Assembly: GCA_951406725.2 (NCBI GenBank)
Contig: OX597823.1
Span: forward strand, 59,892,001 to 59,956,000
DNA length: 64,000 bases
Reading direction: 5' to 3'
From: Octopus vulgaris
Lineage: Eukaryota
The translations under genes and the position numbers were made by a program. The notes under the pieces were generated by a model. The model was not told where the DNA came from. It ran no database searches and worked only from the letters and a program-made list of their open reading frames with translations. Positions 1 through 14,070 of this stretch are shown piece after piece; the stretch's first letter is position 1; each line of letters begins with the position of its first letter.

Positions 1-83
1 AAAGATAAAAGAAAGAAGACGAAAGAAAGACATCAGGATCTTTTCCTGAAATGGTTGAAATTGCATTGCACTTTTCTTCATGC

Positions 84-1125
84 CTGGTACTAGAGGGGAA
101 TACCTTTAAGTTTGATGGTAAAACATGTCAATAAATAAAAGGCACAGCTATGGGGACTAAATCTGCACCCTCATATGCTAACCTGGTTGTGGGGTTTTTA
201 AGAGGAAAAACTATATGAGGAAATAAAGAAAACTTTCAAGCAATATGCCATTGAAAAGTGAAAATGCTTCTTCAATAATAACAAATATACTTAACAAATA
301 AACAGATACACACCAGTATTTGAACTTCTACTCTTGTCATCCTTCACACATTAAATGGAACATTCTATACAGTATGGCATGACATATTTGTGCAGTAGTA
401 CTTGATCCAAAACTGCATTTAAATTCAACTCAATAAAATCAAAGGCTTCCTAAAAAATAGAGTTATCTCTGACATTTAATGATGAAATTATATAGGTGAT
501 GAAACTGGACATCATACAACTGAGGACACCTTAGAAAAACATTAAAGAAAATACTATCCTATTTATCAATACAAATAATCAAAGTGTAACCAACATATTT
601 GTCGCTGTAAAGTAAACCTACCAAAATTCTTAGAAAGCCCTTAACTGAAAAGTCTGGTTGTTGAAAACCTTATATGAAACAGTAAATGTCAACCAAAAAT
701 TTGCAAGGGCAAAATTTACACCAGAGGATTATTCAGAATTCTCCAGGAAGGACTGCAGAAATAATAGATGTAAAATATGTAACAGAACCAACAACAATTT
801 TAAAAATTTGGACACTGGTTCCCATATAAAATTTACAATTGGTTTTTCCAAGTAAATGTAGATATGAACTGCAAGACACAGAATCTCATCTACTGCATAA
901 CGTATCCCAAATGCAAAGAAAATTATTTTGGTGAAATCAACAATTCCTGTTGCCAACATGCAACAAAATACAGACAATACATCAGACAAAACGATTCCAC
1001 TAAGTGAGCATCTGGAAGTATGTGGAAACAGTAGATTTAAGATCTTTCTCTCCTACAAATGCTCAAGGGATGACCCAAAGTACTGGAAGGCAATACAACT
1101 ACATACCAAAAAGATTTTTTTCTAA
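84..1125 (+). mobile_element. Decayed Penelope-like retroelement (RT, Cys-rich linker, GIY-YIG endonuclease)
   Basis: Manual translation from 84 gives LVLEGNTFKFDGKTCQ*IKGTAMGTKSAPSYANLVVGFL (PLE RT motif). Near 300: TDTHQYLNFYSCHPSHIKWNILYSMA. Linker CRNNRCKICN. Near 868: NCKTQNLIYCITYPKCKENYFGE (GIY-YIG). Stops and frameshifts present. Confidence 0.9.
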
Positions 1126-2029
1126 ATTACATATATGAAGAAAAGAAAAAAATATATATATATATTTATGAACACATTAGAAATTCGTATTTAAAAAATT
1201 AGTATCCCATATGAACCAGATCAGATTGCCACTGGATAGTATTAATAATGTACTCATTACTGTTACTAATATAACTGGAAAATGTCTTGTTTTCAGAGTT
1301 TTTAATTAAAATTTTCTGCCAAACTTTAGTCACAATTTATGTTCCCGACACTAGCTTAATGATTTTTCTAAATTCTTTGTTATGTTTAAAATTAATTGAA
1401 AGAAACACAAAGCATCTCAGAATAAATATGGTAACAAAAGGGTTAAACAGCCAACACACAACTCACATATACACTTAATACACATGCACACACATTTATA
1501 TCCCTTCCCAAACTATTTAATAGGTTCTATTTTCTACAGTGAGATAACATGACACCTGACAAAAACTGCAATGCCTAATAAAAGAAAACTGACTTCTTGA
1601 ACTATCCTTAGTTTCAACCATTTCAGAAAAAGTAAAATTCTGTACAACCTGGTAGCATGACAACTGACCAAAAATACAATGCAATTTCAACCATCTCAGA
1701 AAAGACCCCTTTCTCTCTTTCATTCTTTTATCTTTCTTTTTTCCTTTTTTTTCCTCTCTAACCAATCCTCCAAAATCAACATGCATATTTAGATTCAAAA
1801 TAACAGAGAACATTCTCTTCCTAATCCATCTTCAAATTTTTTCAACAAACTCGCATATTTATATAAAAGGTACAAATTACCTGTAAGTAAATCATTCATG
1901 AAGAATCTCTAAAAGACCGATGAAGACTAAATGAATAATTATCCAAAATTTTATCTATCTTCTTTCTCTTACTATATAAAATCTGTACACCACTTCAAAC
2001 AATCTCACTGCCTATCTCTCTCTTTCTGT

Positions 2030-2054
2030 GTGTATACATATATGTATACATACA

Positions 2055-2090
<36 letters not shown>

Positions 2091-2238
2091 CACACATACA
2101 TTTACATATATATACATACACACATATATATGTATATATACATATATATATATGTATATATACATATATATATATACATATATATATATATACATATACA
2201 TATATATGCATTTATTTATGTATATATATATATGTATG

Positions 2239-2272
<34 letters not shown>
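2030..2272. repeat. Compound (TACA)n/(TA)n microsatellite
   Basis: Read directly; source of the YIYI-type ORFs here. Confidence 0.95.
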
Positions 2273-2277
<5 letters not shown>

Positions 2278-2969
2278 TTACACTAAATTATATATGCATG
2301 TGTGAATTATATGTGAGAGTATGGGGTTGTTAAAGGGTTTGGTTTTCTTTTGACCTTGTATTAAAGACACAACTGCATAGAATTTTAATCATTTTTTCTT
2401 TGCTTTTTAAAGGAATTTTCACATTTCCTTCTTAGACTTCATATGGTAATGGACTTAGAAATGCTATTGTTCTAATTTATTAATACGGGACTAATAAGGA
2501 AATATGAAAAATCCATAATACAAAGTAAGATTAATCTTCAACACACAATTGTGTTTTTAATGTATGTTAATATATAAATGATGGTAGTAATGATGATGTT
2601 GATAAATATCATTATCAGTTACGATCATATCAGTGAATTTCTACATGGTAAAAAGATGTTTTCGTCTATTTTTTACTCCAGTATGAATGGCATAGTGTAT
2701 ATGTGTGTGTGTGTGTGAGCGTGCACACTTGTATATGCAGGTATGTATCTATGTTTGTATTTAACATACCCTGTATGAGGTCTTTGACCTCATGTACAGT
2801 ACATCAAATCCATGTGAGTCCATGTATGCCTGTAAATATATATATATACATATATATATGTACAATACACACACACATATATATAAACTCACATATATAT
2901 GTATAAACTTATGTGTGCATGTATATACATATCTATCTATATCTATATGTATATATGTATGTATTTGTG

Positions 2970-3006
<37 letters not shown>

Positions 3007-3115
3007 TTGAGTAGTTGAATGACTTATCTTATTATTGATAATTCGGTTAAGCGGTACCTGGGTAGCAAATTCACGTCAGAAAAACACGGTTGAAGCTTTC
3101 ATTCTTTCATTTATT

Positions 3116-3180
<65 letters not shown>

Positions 3181-3525
3181 ATATGTATATATATATATTA
3201 ATCAAAGGACATACTCAGTATGTCTAATTGCTGGAATTAACAGTCAAAATTCTTATTTAAACTGTGGAAAAAATTACACTGGTAATAACTGCAGAAATCA
3301 ACCCTTTAAATGAGTATCTATGGCAGTTTTAAAATAAATCCATGGAGTTCTTGCATGTAGTAATAGGCAACTATGTATGTTGGTGACTGGAAGAGCATTT
3401 TGCCACAGAATATTGCCTTAGCAAACTTGTTGAGCATGATGATTCTTATTATATGGTCTTGGTAGGGGTTACTGCTTGGTTATTTCTACAACTAGGTATT
3501 ATTCTTGTAGTAAACCACTGAAAAA

Positions 3526-3765
3526 GATATAGACGTATCTGGATGGTTAAGAAATGATATAGACATATTTGGATGGTTAAGAAATGATATAGACATTTTT
3601 TAAATGGTTAAGAAATGATATAAAGATATTTGAATGATTAAGAAAAGAAATAGACATATTTGGATGGTTAAAGAAAAATATAAACATATTTGGATGGTTA
3701 AAAAATTATACACATATTTAGATGGTTAATCAATGATATAGACATATTTAGATGGTTAGGAAATT
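3526..3765. repeat. 30-bp minisatellite, about 8 copies
   Basis: Unit GATATAGACATATTTGGATGGTTAAGAAAT repeated in tandem with progressive divergence. Confidence 0.9.
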
Positions 3766-4170
3766 CCCTTAACAACTATGTTGGTTCAATGTAGCACACT
3801 GAGCAAGTAGGATGCTACAATAATTACAAGCTATCTGAAACATAGTGAGCGATACCAAAATTTCTCTAATGCTTTCTAATTAGCCCTTCCTTGCTTTCAC
3901 AATTCAATGCTATAAAAGGCTGTAAAGTTACAGAGCAACATGTTTGTCAGCAAAGAAAAATCATTGCTTGGAGAACAATCACTAAAGGAGTCTCTACACA
4001 AGTGAATTAGGGGAAGAGCCTATATAATCACTTGATCTGATAAAACTTAACAAACAATTCACTTTCAAATCGCACCCTTGTGTTTTAGAAAAGAACATAA
4101 TGGATGGGGTAGTCCTGGGTTAACTGCCCATGTAAAACGATGGGATGGTCATAGAATGTATTTAATCATA

Positions 4171-4756
4171 ATCACAGGAGTGGCTGTGTGGTAAGAAGCT
4201 TGCTTCCCAACCACATCATTCCAGGTTCAATCCTGCTGCATGACACCTTGGGCAAGTATCTTCTAATATAGCCCCAAGCTAGCCAAATCCTTGATTTGGT
4301 ATATGGAAGCAAAAAGAAATCCGTCATATATATATATTATAGGCGGAGGGGTGGTTGTGTGGTAAGTAGCTTGCTTACCAACCACATGGTTCCAGGTTCA
4401 GTCCCACTGCATGGTACCTTGGGCAAGTGTCTTCTGCTATAGCTTCAGGTCAACCAAAGCCTTGTGAGTGGATTTGGTAGACAGAAATTGAAATAAGCCC
4501 GTCATATATATAATTATATATATGTGGGGGGGGGGGTGCATGTGTGTGTGTATGTATGTATATGTTTGTCCCCCCAACATCGCTTGACAACCGATGCTGG
4601 TGTGTTTACGTCCCCGTAACTTAGCGGTTTGGCAAGAGAGACCAATAGAATAAGTACTAGGCTTACAAAGAATAAGTCCTGGGGTCGATTTTCTCGACTA
4701 AAGATGGTGCTCTTGCATGGTCACAGTCAAATGACTGAAACAAGTAAAAAAAAGAG
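4171..4756 (+). mobile_element. tRNA-derived SINE family A with two heads and one tail
   Basis: Head (GGAGTGGCTGTGTGGTAAG...GGTTCA...CCTTGGGCAAGT) at about 4175 and again at about 4342. Central TA/TG repeat. Tail ...ATGACTGAAACAAGTAAAA. Flanked by TAATCATA at 4163-4170 and 4757-4764. Confidence 0.85.
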
Positions 4757-5607
4757 TAATCATAGGTCTGCTTGATCACGACTGACCATGGGCTAAATAG
4801 CATCAACAACATCAAATGAACTCAAAGACAGTGTATATATATAAACATATAACACTTAATCTAAGTGTAATGATTTCCATTATGCTTTGTTTTTAATTTT
4901 TTTTTGTATTCTTTGTTTTAATACAATTATTATGTTTAAAGTAAGACAAAAGCATATAAAACAATGTCAATATGATTTATGATTTATGATTATATTTCAT
5001 TAAGCATTTAGGTGGCTAGCGTAAGTCATACATTTCAATCAGACAAGTTGCTTTTAATGTTGGGTGGGCGTGTTGTGAAGTGGGTAAGGAAGGGTAAGGT
5101 GGAAATGGCGTTTTGGTCTTCAAGGAGATATGCTTCAAAACAACCTAAAAAACCATTCGGTACACATCACCGTGTTCTACAATAATAAATCAGACATATA
5201 AACATTAATATTTTAAAAAAATTAACCAGACTATCAAAAAAATACTTTTTATTTTTTCAACATGACAATAGAAGTATTAGCTCATCAATTTAGTGAAGGT
5301 TTGTAAATGGAAGATGCTGCCACAGCAGTGTTTATTTGAAGCATTTCATTTCAAAAAGATTAAATGATCAACTTGTATGTAGAGATCAATAGCTGATCAA
5401 AGAGAATATTGTATCAATTATGTGCCTTTTTCTTTTTTTTCTCTTTTTTTTGTTTGAAATTCATAATTTCACATATTCTATTATAAATGGAGTGAAGGTT
5501 TTTAGATTAATAATAGTTTATAATTTAGTGTAAACTTCAAAATAGTATTATTTCGTAATGTATTTGTATATGTATGTATGCAAGTATGTGTGTCTGTGTA
5601 CACATGC

Positions 5608-5647
<40 letters not shown>

Positions 5648-5791
5648 TGTGAGAGAAAGAGATATATAGATATATATATAGATATATAGATATATGTATG
5701 TATGCATATACATATATATATATATATATATACAATATACTATTCCATGATAGAAAGATCAACAAAAAGGCACTCCTTCTGGTGAGAGATA

Positions 5792-6568
5792 AATATTATT
5801 GCTTAAAGGACGCAATACATGTCTTTAAGTGCTACTAATAGATTCATATCTGGAGAAATATCTCAAACTTATTCATTAGGCACAAGTCACATATGACAAA
5901 CTAAAAAAATTGAATAAGAAAAGAATCTCAAAAATGCTACATCAGATAATCAGACCTATTTTGAATTATGTGAAGGTGAATTTAAAAATCCCTATGCCAA
6001 TTACATAGCTTCCTTCCAACATGTAGACGATAGTAAAGCTACTAAGTTGGTTAGCCATGTATGGAGCTTGAAAGCTAATGAAACACAACATATGATTAAG
6101 AGAAATATAACTGAGAAATCGACACCGTATGTTAATGGATCAAATAAATGTAGGCTATGTTTAGCTGAAAGAGCTAATTTTTTACAGATCCCTAACTCTC
6201 TACTGAACTCTAGGTCTGAAATTTTCAGCAGTTGCAAACATATATATGAATATATTTTGAAGAATTAGAATATTCCACCTATATCTGATTAACTTGCTGA
6301 TATCTTTTCAGCATAATCAAAGGTCTAATGAGGATAACTCTTTTATCTCTTTTACTTTTTACTTATTCATTTTGTTCTTTTTTTAAAACCTTCCAAGTTT
6401 ACTACATGCTGCTTTCCCAGCATTTCCATGTTTCTTCTCTTATTCAATTTTTTTAGTTCGTTATGATATGTGGTGTCTGTCTGATGAATATGTCTGAGAT
6501 ATTTCTCAACACATAAAACTATTAATAGCACTTAAAGACATGTATTGTGTCCTTTAAGTAATAATATT
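5792..6568 (+). mobile_element. 3' fragment of a Penelope-like element (GIY-YIG half) flanked by inverted terminal-repeat copies
   Basis: 5950-6268 translates QTYFELCEGEFKNPYANYIASFQ...KLVSHVWSLK...CRLCLAE...LLNSRSEIFSSCKH. 5792-5938 is the reverse complement of 6419-6568. Confidence 0.85.
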
Positions 6569-6577
6569 ATATATATA

Positions 6578-6896
6578 TTCTTTTATTCTTTTACTTGTTT
6601 CAGTCATTTGACTGTGGCTATGCTAGAGCACCACAAAGTGACGGGGATGTAAAGACACCAGCATCAGTTGTCAAGCGATGGTGGAGGGACAAACAGAGAC
6701 ACAAATAGCAAATACACACATACATATAAATACATATGTGATGGGCTTCTTTCAGTTTCCATCAACCAAATCTCACAAGGCTTTGGTCAGCCCAAGGCTA
6801 TAGTAGAAGATACTTGCCTAAGGTGCCACATAGAGGGACTGAACCTGGAACCACGTGGTTGGGAAGCAAACTTCTTGCTGCACAGTCACTCCTGCA
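6578..6896 (-). mobile_element. SINE family A, internally deleted
   Basis: Reverse complement of the 4342-4756 head and tail. Confidence 0.85.
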
Positions 6897-7290
6897 CACA
6901 CACACACACACTAACATATATATATATGATATATGTTTGAGTGTGTGCGTGTATATATATATGTTTATAATTATATTTATATTTATACTTATATATAATC
7001 ATCATCATCATCATCACCATTTAATATCCTTTAGATGAATAGTTTGACAGGATCCAGTGAGTCAGCGGATGGCATCGAGCTCCAGTTACTGCTTTGGCAT
7101 GTTCCCTATGGCAGGATACCCTTCCTAACACCAGCAACCTTATAGAGTGTACTCGGTACTTTTTTCATGACATCAATACTAGTGAGGTCACCCAGTAAAT
7201 CACAAGACAATATATATATATATATATATATCATAGCATGTAACAGTGTTTACATGTATGTGCATATACATACATATGTATGTATGCATG

Positions 7291-7373
<83 letters not shown>

Positions 7374-8234
7374 ATTAGACAGAATGAGATAACAAAGCCA
7401 AGGCTGTGAGGAGTTTTCAGGACATTTATAATGAAATAGTCTTATAGCTGCGTCTGGGATATTATGGATATCTCTTCATCAGAGATGGTTTGAGAAAATA
7501 TTTGAGTTCAAATTATTATACATACATACAACATACATATATGCATATATATATAAAAAGATAGATAGATAGACAGATAGATATGTGTGTGCATGTGCAT
7601 ATGTTTGTGTGCATGTGTGTACACAGGTGTGCATACTCACATTTATTTGTACATGGTGTTGGTGTAAATATTTTACCACCATATATGGAAATATTATACT
7701 GAGAAATTGTCATTGATATAAACAACTGACATGAAATTGGAAATACTTATCTAGTTCACTTGTATGCGACCTCATAATACGGAATATTAATATATTTGCC
7801 TAGGAGACATACAACTTTGTCTAAGATTGTCTTAATTGCTACCACCTGCACAAATTATGTGTGATTGTACACTGAAGTATTTAAGATAATGATTGGTAGA
7901 TTGATAGGACTGATTGAACATCAGACAATGTGTCTAGAGGCATTTGTTCTAGTTCTCTACATTCTGAGTTCAAATTTTGCTGAAGTCAACTTTGCCTTTT
8001 TCACTTTCTGAGAGAGAGAGCTGGGAACAGGCTGATGAAGTAAAGTACTTGTTGAATGAAATTCCTGATTGCTAATTAACTGTTTCTTGTAAATATATTT
8101 GAAATTATTATTGAACTCCACAGGAGAATTAAATAACGTAATTTTTATAGAGGGCACTAACTTTTATATCGAAAGCAATCAGTGTTACACAGATTTGGTT
8201 AACTATATCAAATAATCATCATCCTCATCAATAT

Positions 8235-8700
8235 CATCATTATCATTTAACGTCCATTGTCCATGATGGTATGGGTTGGACGGTTTGACCTGGGCTGGTA
8301 ATCTGGAAGGCTACACCAGACTCCAGTCTGATTTGGCATGATTTTCTACGGCTGGATACCCTTCCTAACACTAACCACTCCAAGAGTGTAATGGGTGCTT
8401 TTACATGCCACTGGCATGGGTGTCATTTGCATAACACCAGTATCTGCCACAGCTGCAATTTTGCTTGGCTTGATGGGTCTTCTTTTCAAGCACAACATAA
8501 TGCCAAAAGTCTTGGCCATTACCTCCAATACTCGAAAGGAACTCAGCCACCTCCATGAGGCCCAATGCTCAAACAGTACTCTTTATGTGCCAGCAGCATG
8601 TGTGCCACTTATGTGACACCAACATCAGCGATGACTACTGTCTCACTTGGCTTGACAGATCTTCTCAAGCACAGCATATCATCAAAAGGCTCAAAGTTTG
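8235..8700 (-). mobile_element. SINE-like family C (tail GTTAAACGATGATGAT) with internal duplication
   Basis: Core GCTGGATACCCTTCCTAACACTAACCACTCC is shared with 15795, 26521, 27960, 28440 and 37230. The CTTGGCTTGA...CAAGCACA block occurs twice. Confidence 0.8.
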
Positions 8701-9744
8701 AATATCATGCTTCACCACTTTGTCCCATATCATCAAAGAAAACCCCTTTTAAATAACTTCAAAATATTTGCCACTGATAACCTGAAAATATTCCATAGCC
8801 CTAACTTTCTTACACAATTGCAAAGTATGTAAACTCTGATGATAGTGAGATTCTTTTCCTTTTTGCAATACCATCACTGTAGCCTACTATGATCCAGCTA
8901 TTATTAAATCACACAGGTATGCTTGACACAGAAACTGATATGTAACATGACATCACCAAAGCAGTCACAACAAGTGCCATCAGTAAACTGTCAAATTGTA
9001 CAGAATGCCAACTATCTGGCACTAATATACTGTCTATTCTAATATATGGAGAGTGTATAATGGAATGGATTGTGGTAAGTGCTGGGTCAAATCATCCATG
9101 TGATATGAACTGACCAAATTTCGCACTTGATATTTTCATCCAGAAACCATTTTAAAACTTATTTTAAATTCTCTTCACTCCAACTCCATAATCTATGTAT
9201 GTGAGCTGTATTCTGAGCCAATGAAACTTCAAGTAATGTAGAGCTTAGTCAAACTGCTATTAAATATTTACTATTCCAATTATATGTGGGAAGTGCTACT
9301 TTCTTTCATTTGATTACCTACTTATAAACATGTTTGTGCATATGTGTGAAGGAAGGGTGGCGATCAGCTTCTTCACTATTTCTGTTTAACAAATTTACCA
9401 AATTTCCCTGACAGAGCATTGATCCATTCTAGGCTATGGCACAAGGCATTTTATCCCAAGATACCAAGAAGTGATATGAAACCTGGAACTGCTGGTTGAA
9501 AAGTAGTCTTCTTAATCAAACATATATACCCGTAATGTACGTCTGTCTTGCACTTGCATGCATCAAGGATTTTAAGTTGGAATTGGAGCAGACTTTTCAT
9601 GTGTTTATGTTGTTTTTGTGTGTGTATGTGTGTGTGGTGTGTGCATGTGTGTGTGTGGTGTGTATGTGGTGTGCATGTGTGTGTGCATGCATGTGTGTGT
9701 GTGTTTTGTGTGTGTGTGTGCGTGTGTGTGTGTGTGTGATTATT

Positions 9745-10075
9745 ATACCTCTTGAAGATTACAAGTTGACAGTTGCAGGAAAATATGGTCATCAGTTTGA
9801 AATTTTGGGAAGGAAGAATGTGAAAAGTGATTTGGATGAGATTAGAAGCAAAGAAGACAACTGGATAGGTTTGGAAATAGGAAGAGAGATGAATGAGCTA
9901 TGAGTGGAGGTGGTATGAGGCAAGCTTGCTCCAAGGAGCAGAGACCTCTGTTACAGTAGAAGAAAAGGTAGAGTGAGGAGACAGCATGTCTGGGATATAG
10001 AGACTGTAGAGTTTTTTGTAATTTACTTCATGTCAATAAGTGTTGTTGATATTTCGAAAAAGAAAATTGAGCTTA
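9745..10075 (-). mobile_element. 3' fragment of a CR1/Jockey-type LINE ORF2
   Basis: Minus strand reads LQSLYPRHAVSSLYLFFYCNRGLCSLEQACLIPP, resembling the post-RT LQxLxHRRxVxSLxLFY region of these LINEs. Confidence 0.6.
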
Positions 10076-11165
10076 TATTCCCATTAAGATAACTTCAAAA
10101 CTAAAACAAAAAAATCTATATTGATCAGCCCATTCCAATTACCAATATAAAAAAAATGTACATACTCTTAAAATATCTGATTCTGATTTCAAGAATATCA
10201 GAATCTTCAGGCCCTTTATTTGACTGGTCACTTACAATCAATTCCCTGAAACCACTTCAAACTTTATGCAGCACCAATTAGTAGCAGTCACTGGAAATGA
10301 TTCTTAGAATACTATGGTCTCAAAATATAGAATGCACTGCCTTGGGCAATGAAGTATTTTTTTTTTTAACTATCTTAGAATTCAAATAGAAGGTAAAAAT
10401 CTTGCATTTATTGTTTTCAAGTCTGGATTATATTGTTCTAAGTATAAAACAAAAATTTCTTAACGGTGAAACCATTCTTGAATTAGTAAAGATAACATTT
10501 TGATTCTTGTTACAAATATAGAAGACACTGCTTTGGGACTATAAGGAGTTTTTTTAGTGATCATTAGAATTCAGTTGGAAAGTTTAAAAACATCTTCATT
10601 TCTTTGTCTTTGAGTCTGGTGCAGTACAAACAATTCTTAGAGAAAGGAGAAAAAGAGAAGAGGGGAAGAGACAGACAGACAGAGCGAGGGAGAGGTAGAC
10701 GGTGAAAAAGAAAAAGGAAAGAGTGATGGAAAGAAAGAGAAGTGATACTAGTACATGAGTGGTATTTTATTAACCTTATAGGTTGAAAGTCAAAGTTGTC
10801 ATTACTAGGGCTTGAACTCAGAACAAAAAGCTAGAACAGTTACAAGAAGGCATTTGTCCAGTGGTTTAACACTTCTCCCAATCGAGTGCTTTTACATTAA
10901 ACTACAGTTGTTGAAGCTGAATTGAACTGATATATGACAAGCTTCCATACAGTTTCCATCTACAAATTTTCATTTATATCACATTGATTAGTTCAAGGCT
11001 GCAGTGGAAGACAGGTGTTCAAGGTGTCATGCAGTGAGATAGATCTCAAAACCTCATGGCTTCTAGGCGGATTTTGTATTCACACAGTCATATACTGGCC
11101 TCTTTGTCCACACAGCTATGCATATGCCTCAATATGTATATATACATGGCTGTTGTGCCCGTGTT

Positions 11166-11205
<40 letters not shown>

Positions 11206-11408
11206 CATGCATGTGTGTGTGCTAATATGAATGTTGCTGGTGATTGAAGGGAACTTTTCTTTGTTTACTTAAGGAAACTATTGATTTGAAATTCATAAAG
11301 TAATGCATAAAATACTTAGTAAAATATTTTTCAGTCATCATTTGTGGATATATATATACATAAATGTAAATACATATATATATGTATACTTATGTGTGTA
11401 TATATGTA

Positions 11409-11454
<46 letters not shown>

Positions 11455-11749
11455 TGTATACGCACAACATATAACCCCTCATAACTTTTTTATTTTTCGG
11501 AGTTTTCAGAAAATTTTTGCGAATTTGAATTCTATATGTGGGACATCATACGATGCAAAAAAAAAAATGTTGTGGAGTGTGATTTAAGGCTTAGGCCTAT
11601 TTGGCTGCTATTTTTAGCATGCATGACAACCATCTCAAAAATATTCGATTGATAAACAAGTCTCATAAACTGTACTCATGCTAGTAGTCAAATTGATAAA
11701 AGTGCACCCTTATTCTAGGCATGCCTAGATATTGGTAAATGCAGTCTTA

Positions 11750-11900
11750 ATTTCTAGAAATTCATTGTCACCCTACAAAATGTTCATATCGCCCACCAAA
11801 ATCTCAAATCGCCCAACATTTTCTAGAAATTTGCCCATCGCCCACTTGTAAGTTGAAATCACCCACCGGTGGGCGATATCACCCACTTTGGGAAGCTATG
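11750..11900. mobile_element. One end of a hAT-like non-autonomous DNA transposon
   Basis: Repeated subterminal ATCGCCCA/ATCACCCA motifs ending in a Charlie-like terminus CTTTGGGAAGCTATG. Confidence 0.55.
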
Positions 11901-12403
11901 GATTAGACAAATAGGTTCATGTACATTCTACTTGATTTATTATCATAGCTGTTCTTAAGTGTAGATTAAGTAAATAACAATGTAAAATTTAGAAGACTTA
12001 GATAAAGAATTTTTTAATTGAATGTCAATAAAAGGCAGAATGAATCTAATGTTATGGCTGATATAGAAAAAGCATTAGCGGATATAATGGTGGTTGTACT
12101 CCATATGAGTTTGATGGAACTTAACTCTAAAGAGCAGTGTGTGCATGTATATGGGTGTGGGTGTGTGCAAGCATATGTATGTGCATACATGTGTGTTTGT
12201 GTGTGGGGGTAGTGGCAAGGGCGTTGTGAATGTGTTGAGATTCTTGCTTTAAAAATATTGATTATACGGAATGAGAATGTGTTTATGGAGTAAAACAACT
12301 GTATCTTAATATATCTCTATATATCTTGTTTCTTCTCTTGAAACATATCATGCATGCACTTCACTTGCAACAACATGCCTGCACAATCATTTCTTTATAT
12401 ATA

Positions 12404-12810
12404 GGCGTAGGAGTAGCTGTGCAGTAAGTAGCTTGCTTACGAACCACATGGTTCCAGGTTCAGTCCCATGTGTGGCACATTGGGCGTCTTCTACTATAGC
12501 CTCGGGCTGACCAAAGCGTTGTGAGTGGATTTGGTAGATGGAAACTGAAAGAAGCCCATCGTATATATGTATATATATGTATATATGTATGTGTGTATAT
12601 GTTTGTGCGTCTGTGTTTGTCCCCCACCACCCAACATCCCTTGACAACCAATGCCAGTGTGTTTATGTCCCTGTAACTTAGCGATTCGGCAAAAGAGACT
12701 GATAGAATAAGTACTAGGCATACAAAGAATAAGTCATGGGGTTGATTTGCTTGACTAAAGGTGGTGCTCCAGCATGGCAGCAATCAAATGGCAGAAACAA
12801 GTTAAAGAGT
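12404..12810 (+). mobile_element. SINE family A, near full length
   Basis: tRNA-like head with GGTTCAGTCCC, central TA/TG repeat, family tail. Confidence 0.9.
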
Positions 12811-13378
12811 ATATCTGAGTGTGTATGTGTGTGTGTGTGAGTTTGAGTGAGTGTGTGTGTGAGTGCAAATGTGTGCATGTACATACACATACATGCATGT
12901 TTATGTATATGTGTATGTGTGTGTGTATGCATGTATATGGAAGTGAAACGCTGCGTAACCCCATAGACTGGCCTCTTTTGGATTTATGATTTGCTGACCA
13001 TATATATATTTGTGTGTGTGTGTGTATGTCATACTAATACACTTGCTTGTTGTTTATACATTTGTCTTCGTCTTTTGTTTTTCTGTAAATTTCAACTATA
13101 TATATATGTGTGTGTATATATATATGTATGTATGTTTATGTACATATATCTATATATGTACATATATATATATATATATACACACACATTATTGATACAG
13201 GAAAAAGTTTTATTTTGGACATAGAGTTACAAAAGGCTTCTTATCCACAAAGCCAAGCCTTGTGGACAGCACGTCAGACTCTATGCAAAGACAAAAAATT
13301 TTTTTAACTTTCTATTTGTTGTAATAATTACTGGTCTATTCTTTAGAGTTTGCTTCTTTTCTGATATATATTTTATTG

Positions 13379-13419
<41 letters not shown>

Positions 13420-13422
<3 letters not shown>

Positions 13423-13570
13423 TAAATCCCAAAGAAGATAAACAAACACAAAAAAACAACAATGCAAGTACGTGGCTCATGTAAAGTATTAGTAGACGCT
13501 CAGGGAAGGAAAGAAAGATGGTTTAATGTTTCAAGCAACACTCTTCTTCAGAAACAGAAGAAAGTCCAAT
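13420..13570 (-). repeat. PLE terminal-repeat-like fragment with minimal hammerhead-like motif
   Basis: Minus strand GTTT-CTGAAGA-AGAGTGTTGCTT-GAAACATT-AAAC followed by a T-rich tail into (TA)n. Related tails at about 13030-13100 and 31761-31885. Confidence 0.55.
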
Positions 13571-14070
13571 AGAAAGGAAGACAATTCTATAATATAGGTT
13601 ATAATAGAAGACACTTGCCCAAGGTGCTACACTGTAATTCTTTATTTTTTCTTTGAAGGGCACTGGGTCTCCAAGCACATATAAAGTTATAAATAATAGC
13701 ATGTAAATGTTAGGTTGACTTTTCCTAACCAAAAGGGTTATCAAGCTGATATTTACATGTTATTTACAGCATTATATGTGCTTCAAGTTCCAAAAAAGAA
13801 GTAGTTGACATTCTCTTGAAAGTTTATCACATCGTCCCACACCCATTAGGGAGCAGTGTAAAGGGAGCTGAAACAATTGTTGTGCTAAATAAAACTCCTA
13901 ATTACACTCCTTTTTCTGTATCAATCCTTTCATATATGTATATGTATGTATGTGTGTGTGTGTATGTGTGTGTGTGTGTGTGTGTGTTGTGTGTGTGTTT
14001 GTGTGTGTTTGTGTGTGTTTATATAAATTAATTATAAAATTGGATATCATCTTTGACAGCTGTTTCAATT

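Noticed and set aside
3526-3765. 30-bp repeat considered as a CRISPR array
   Set aside because: Units are contiguous with no unique spacers, there are no cas genes, and the context is eukaryotic; it is a minisatellite.
12018-12140. Helical-looking peptide QNESNVMADIEKALADIMVV
   Set aside because: No convincing splice sites or recognisable homology; it runs into a TG repeat.
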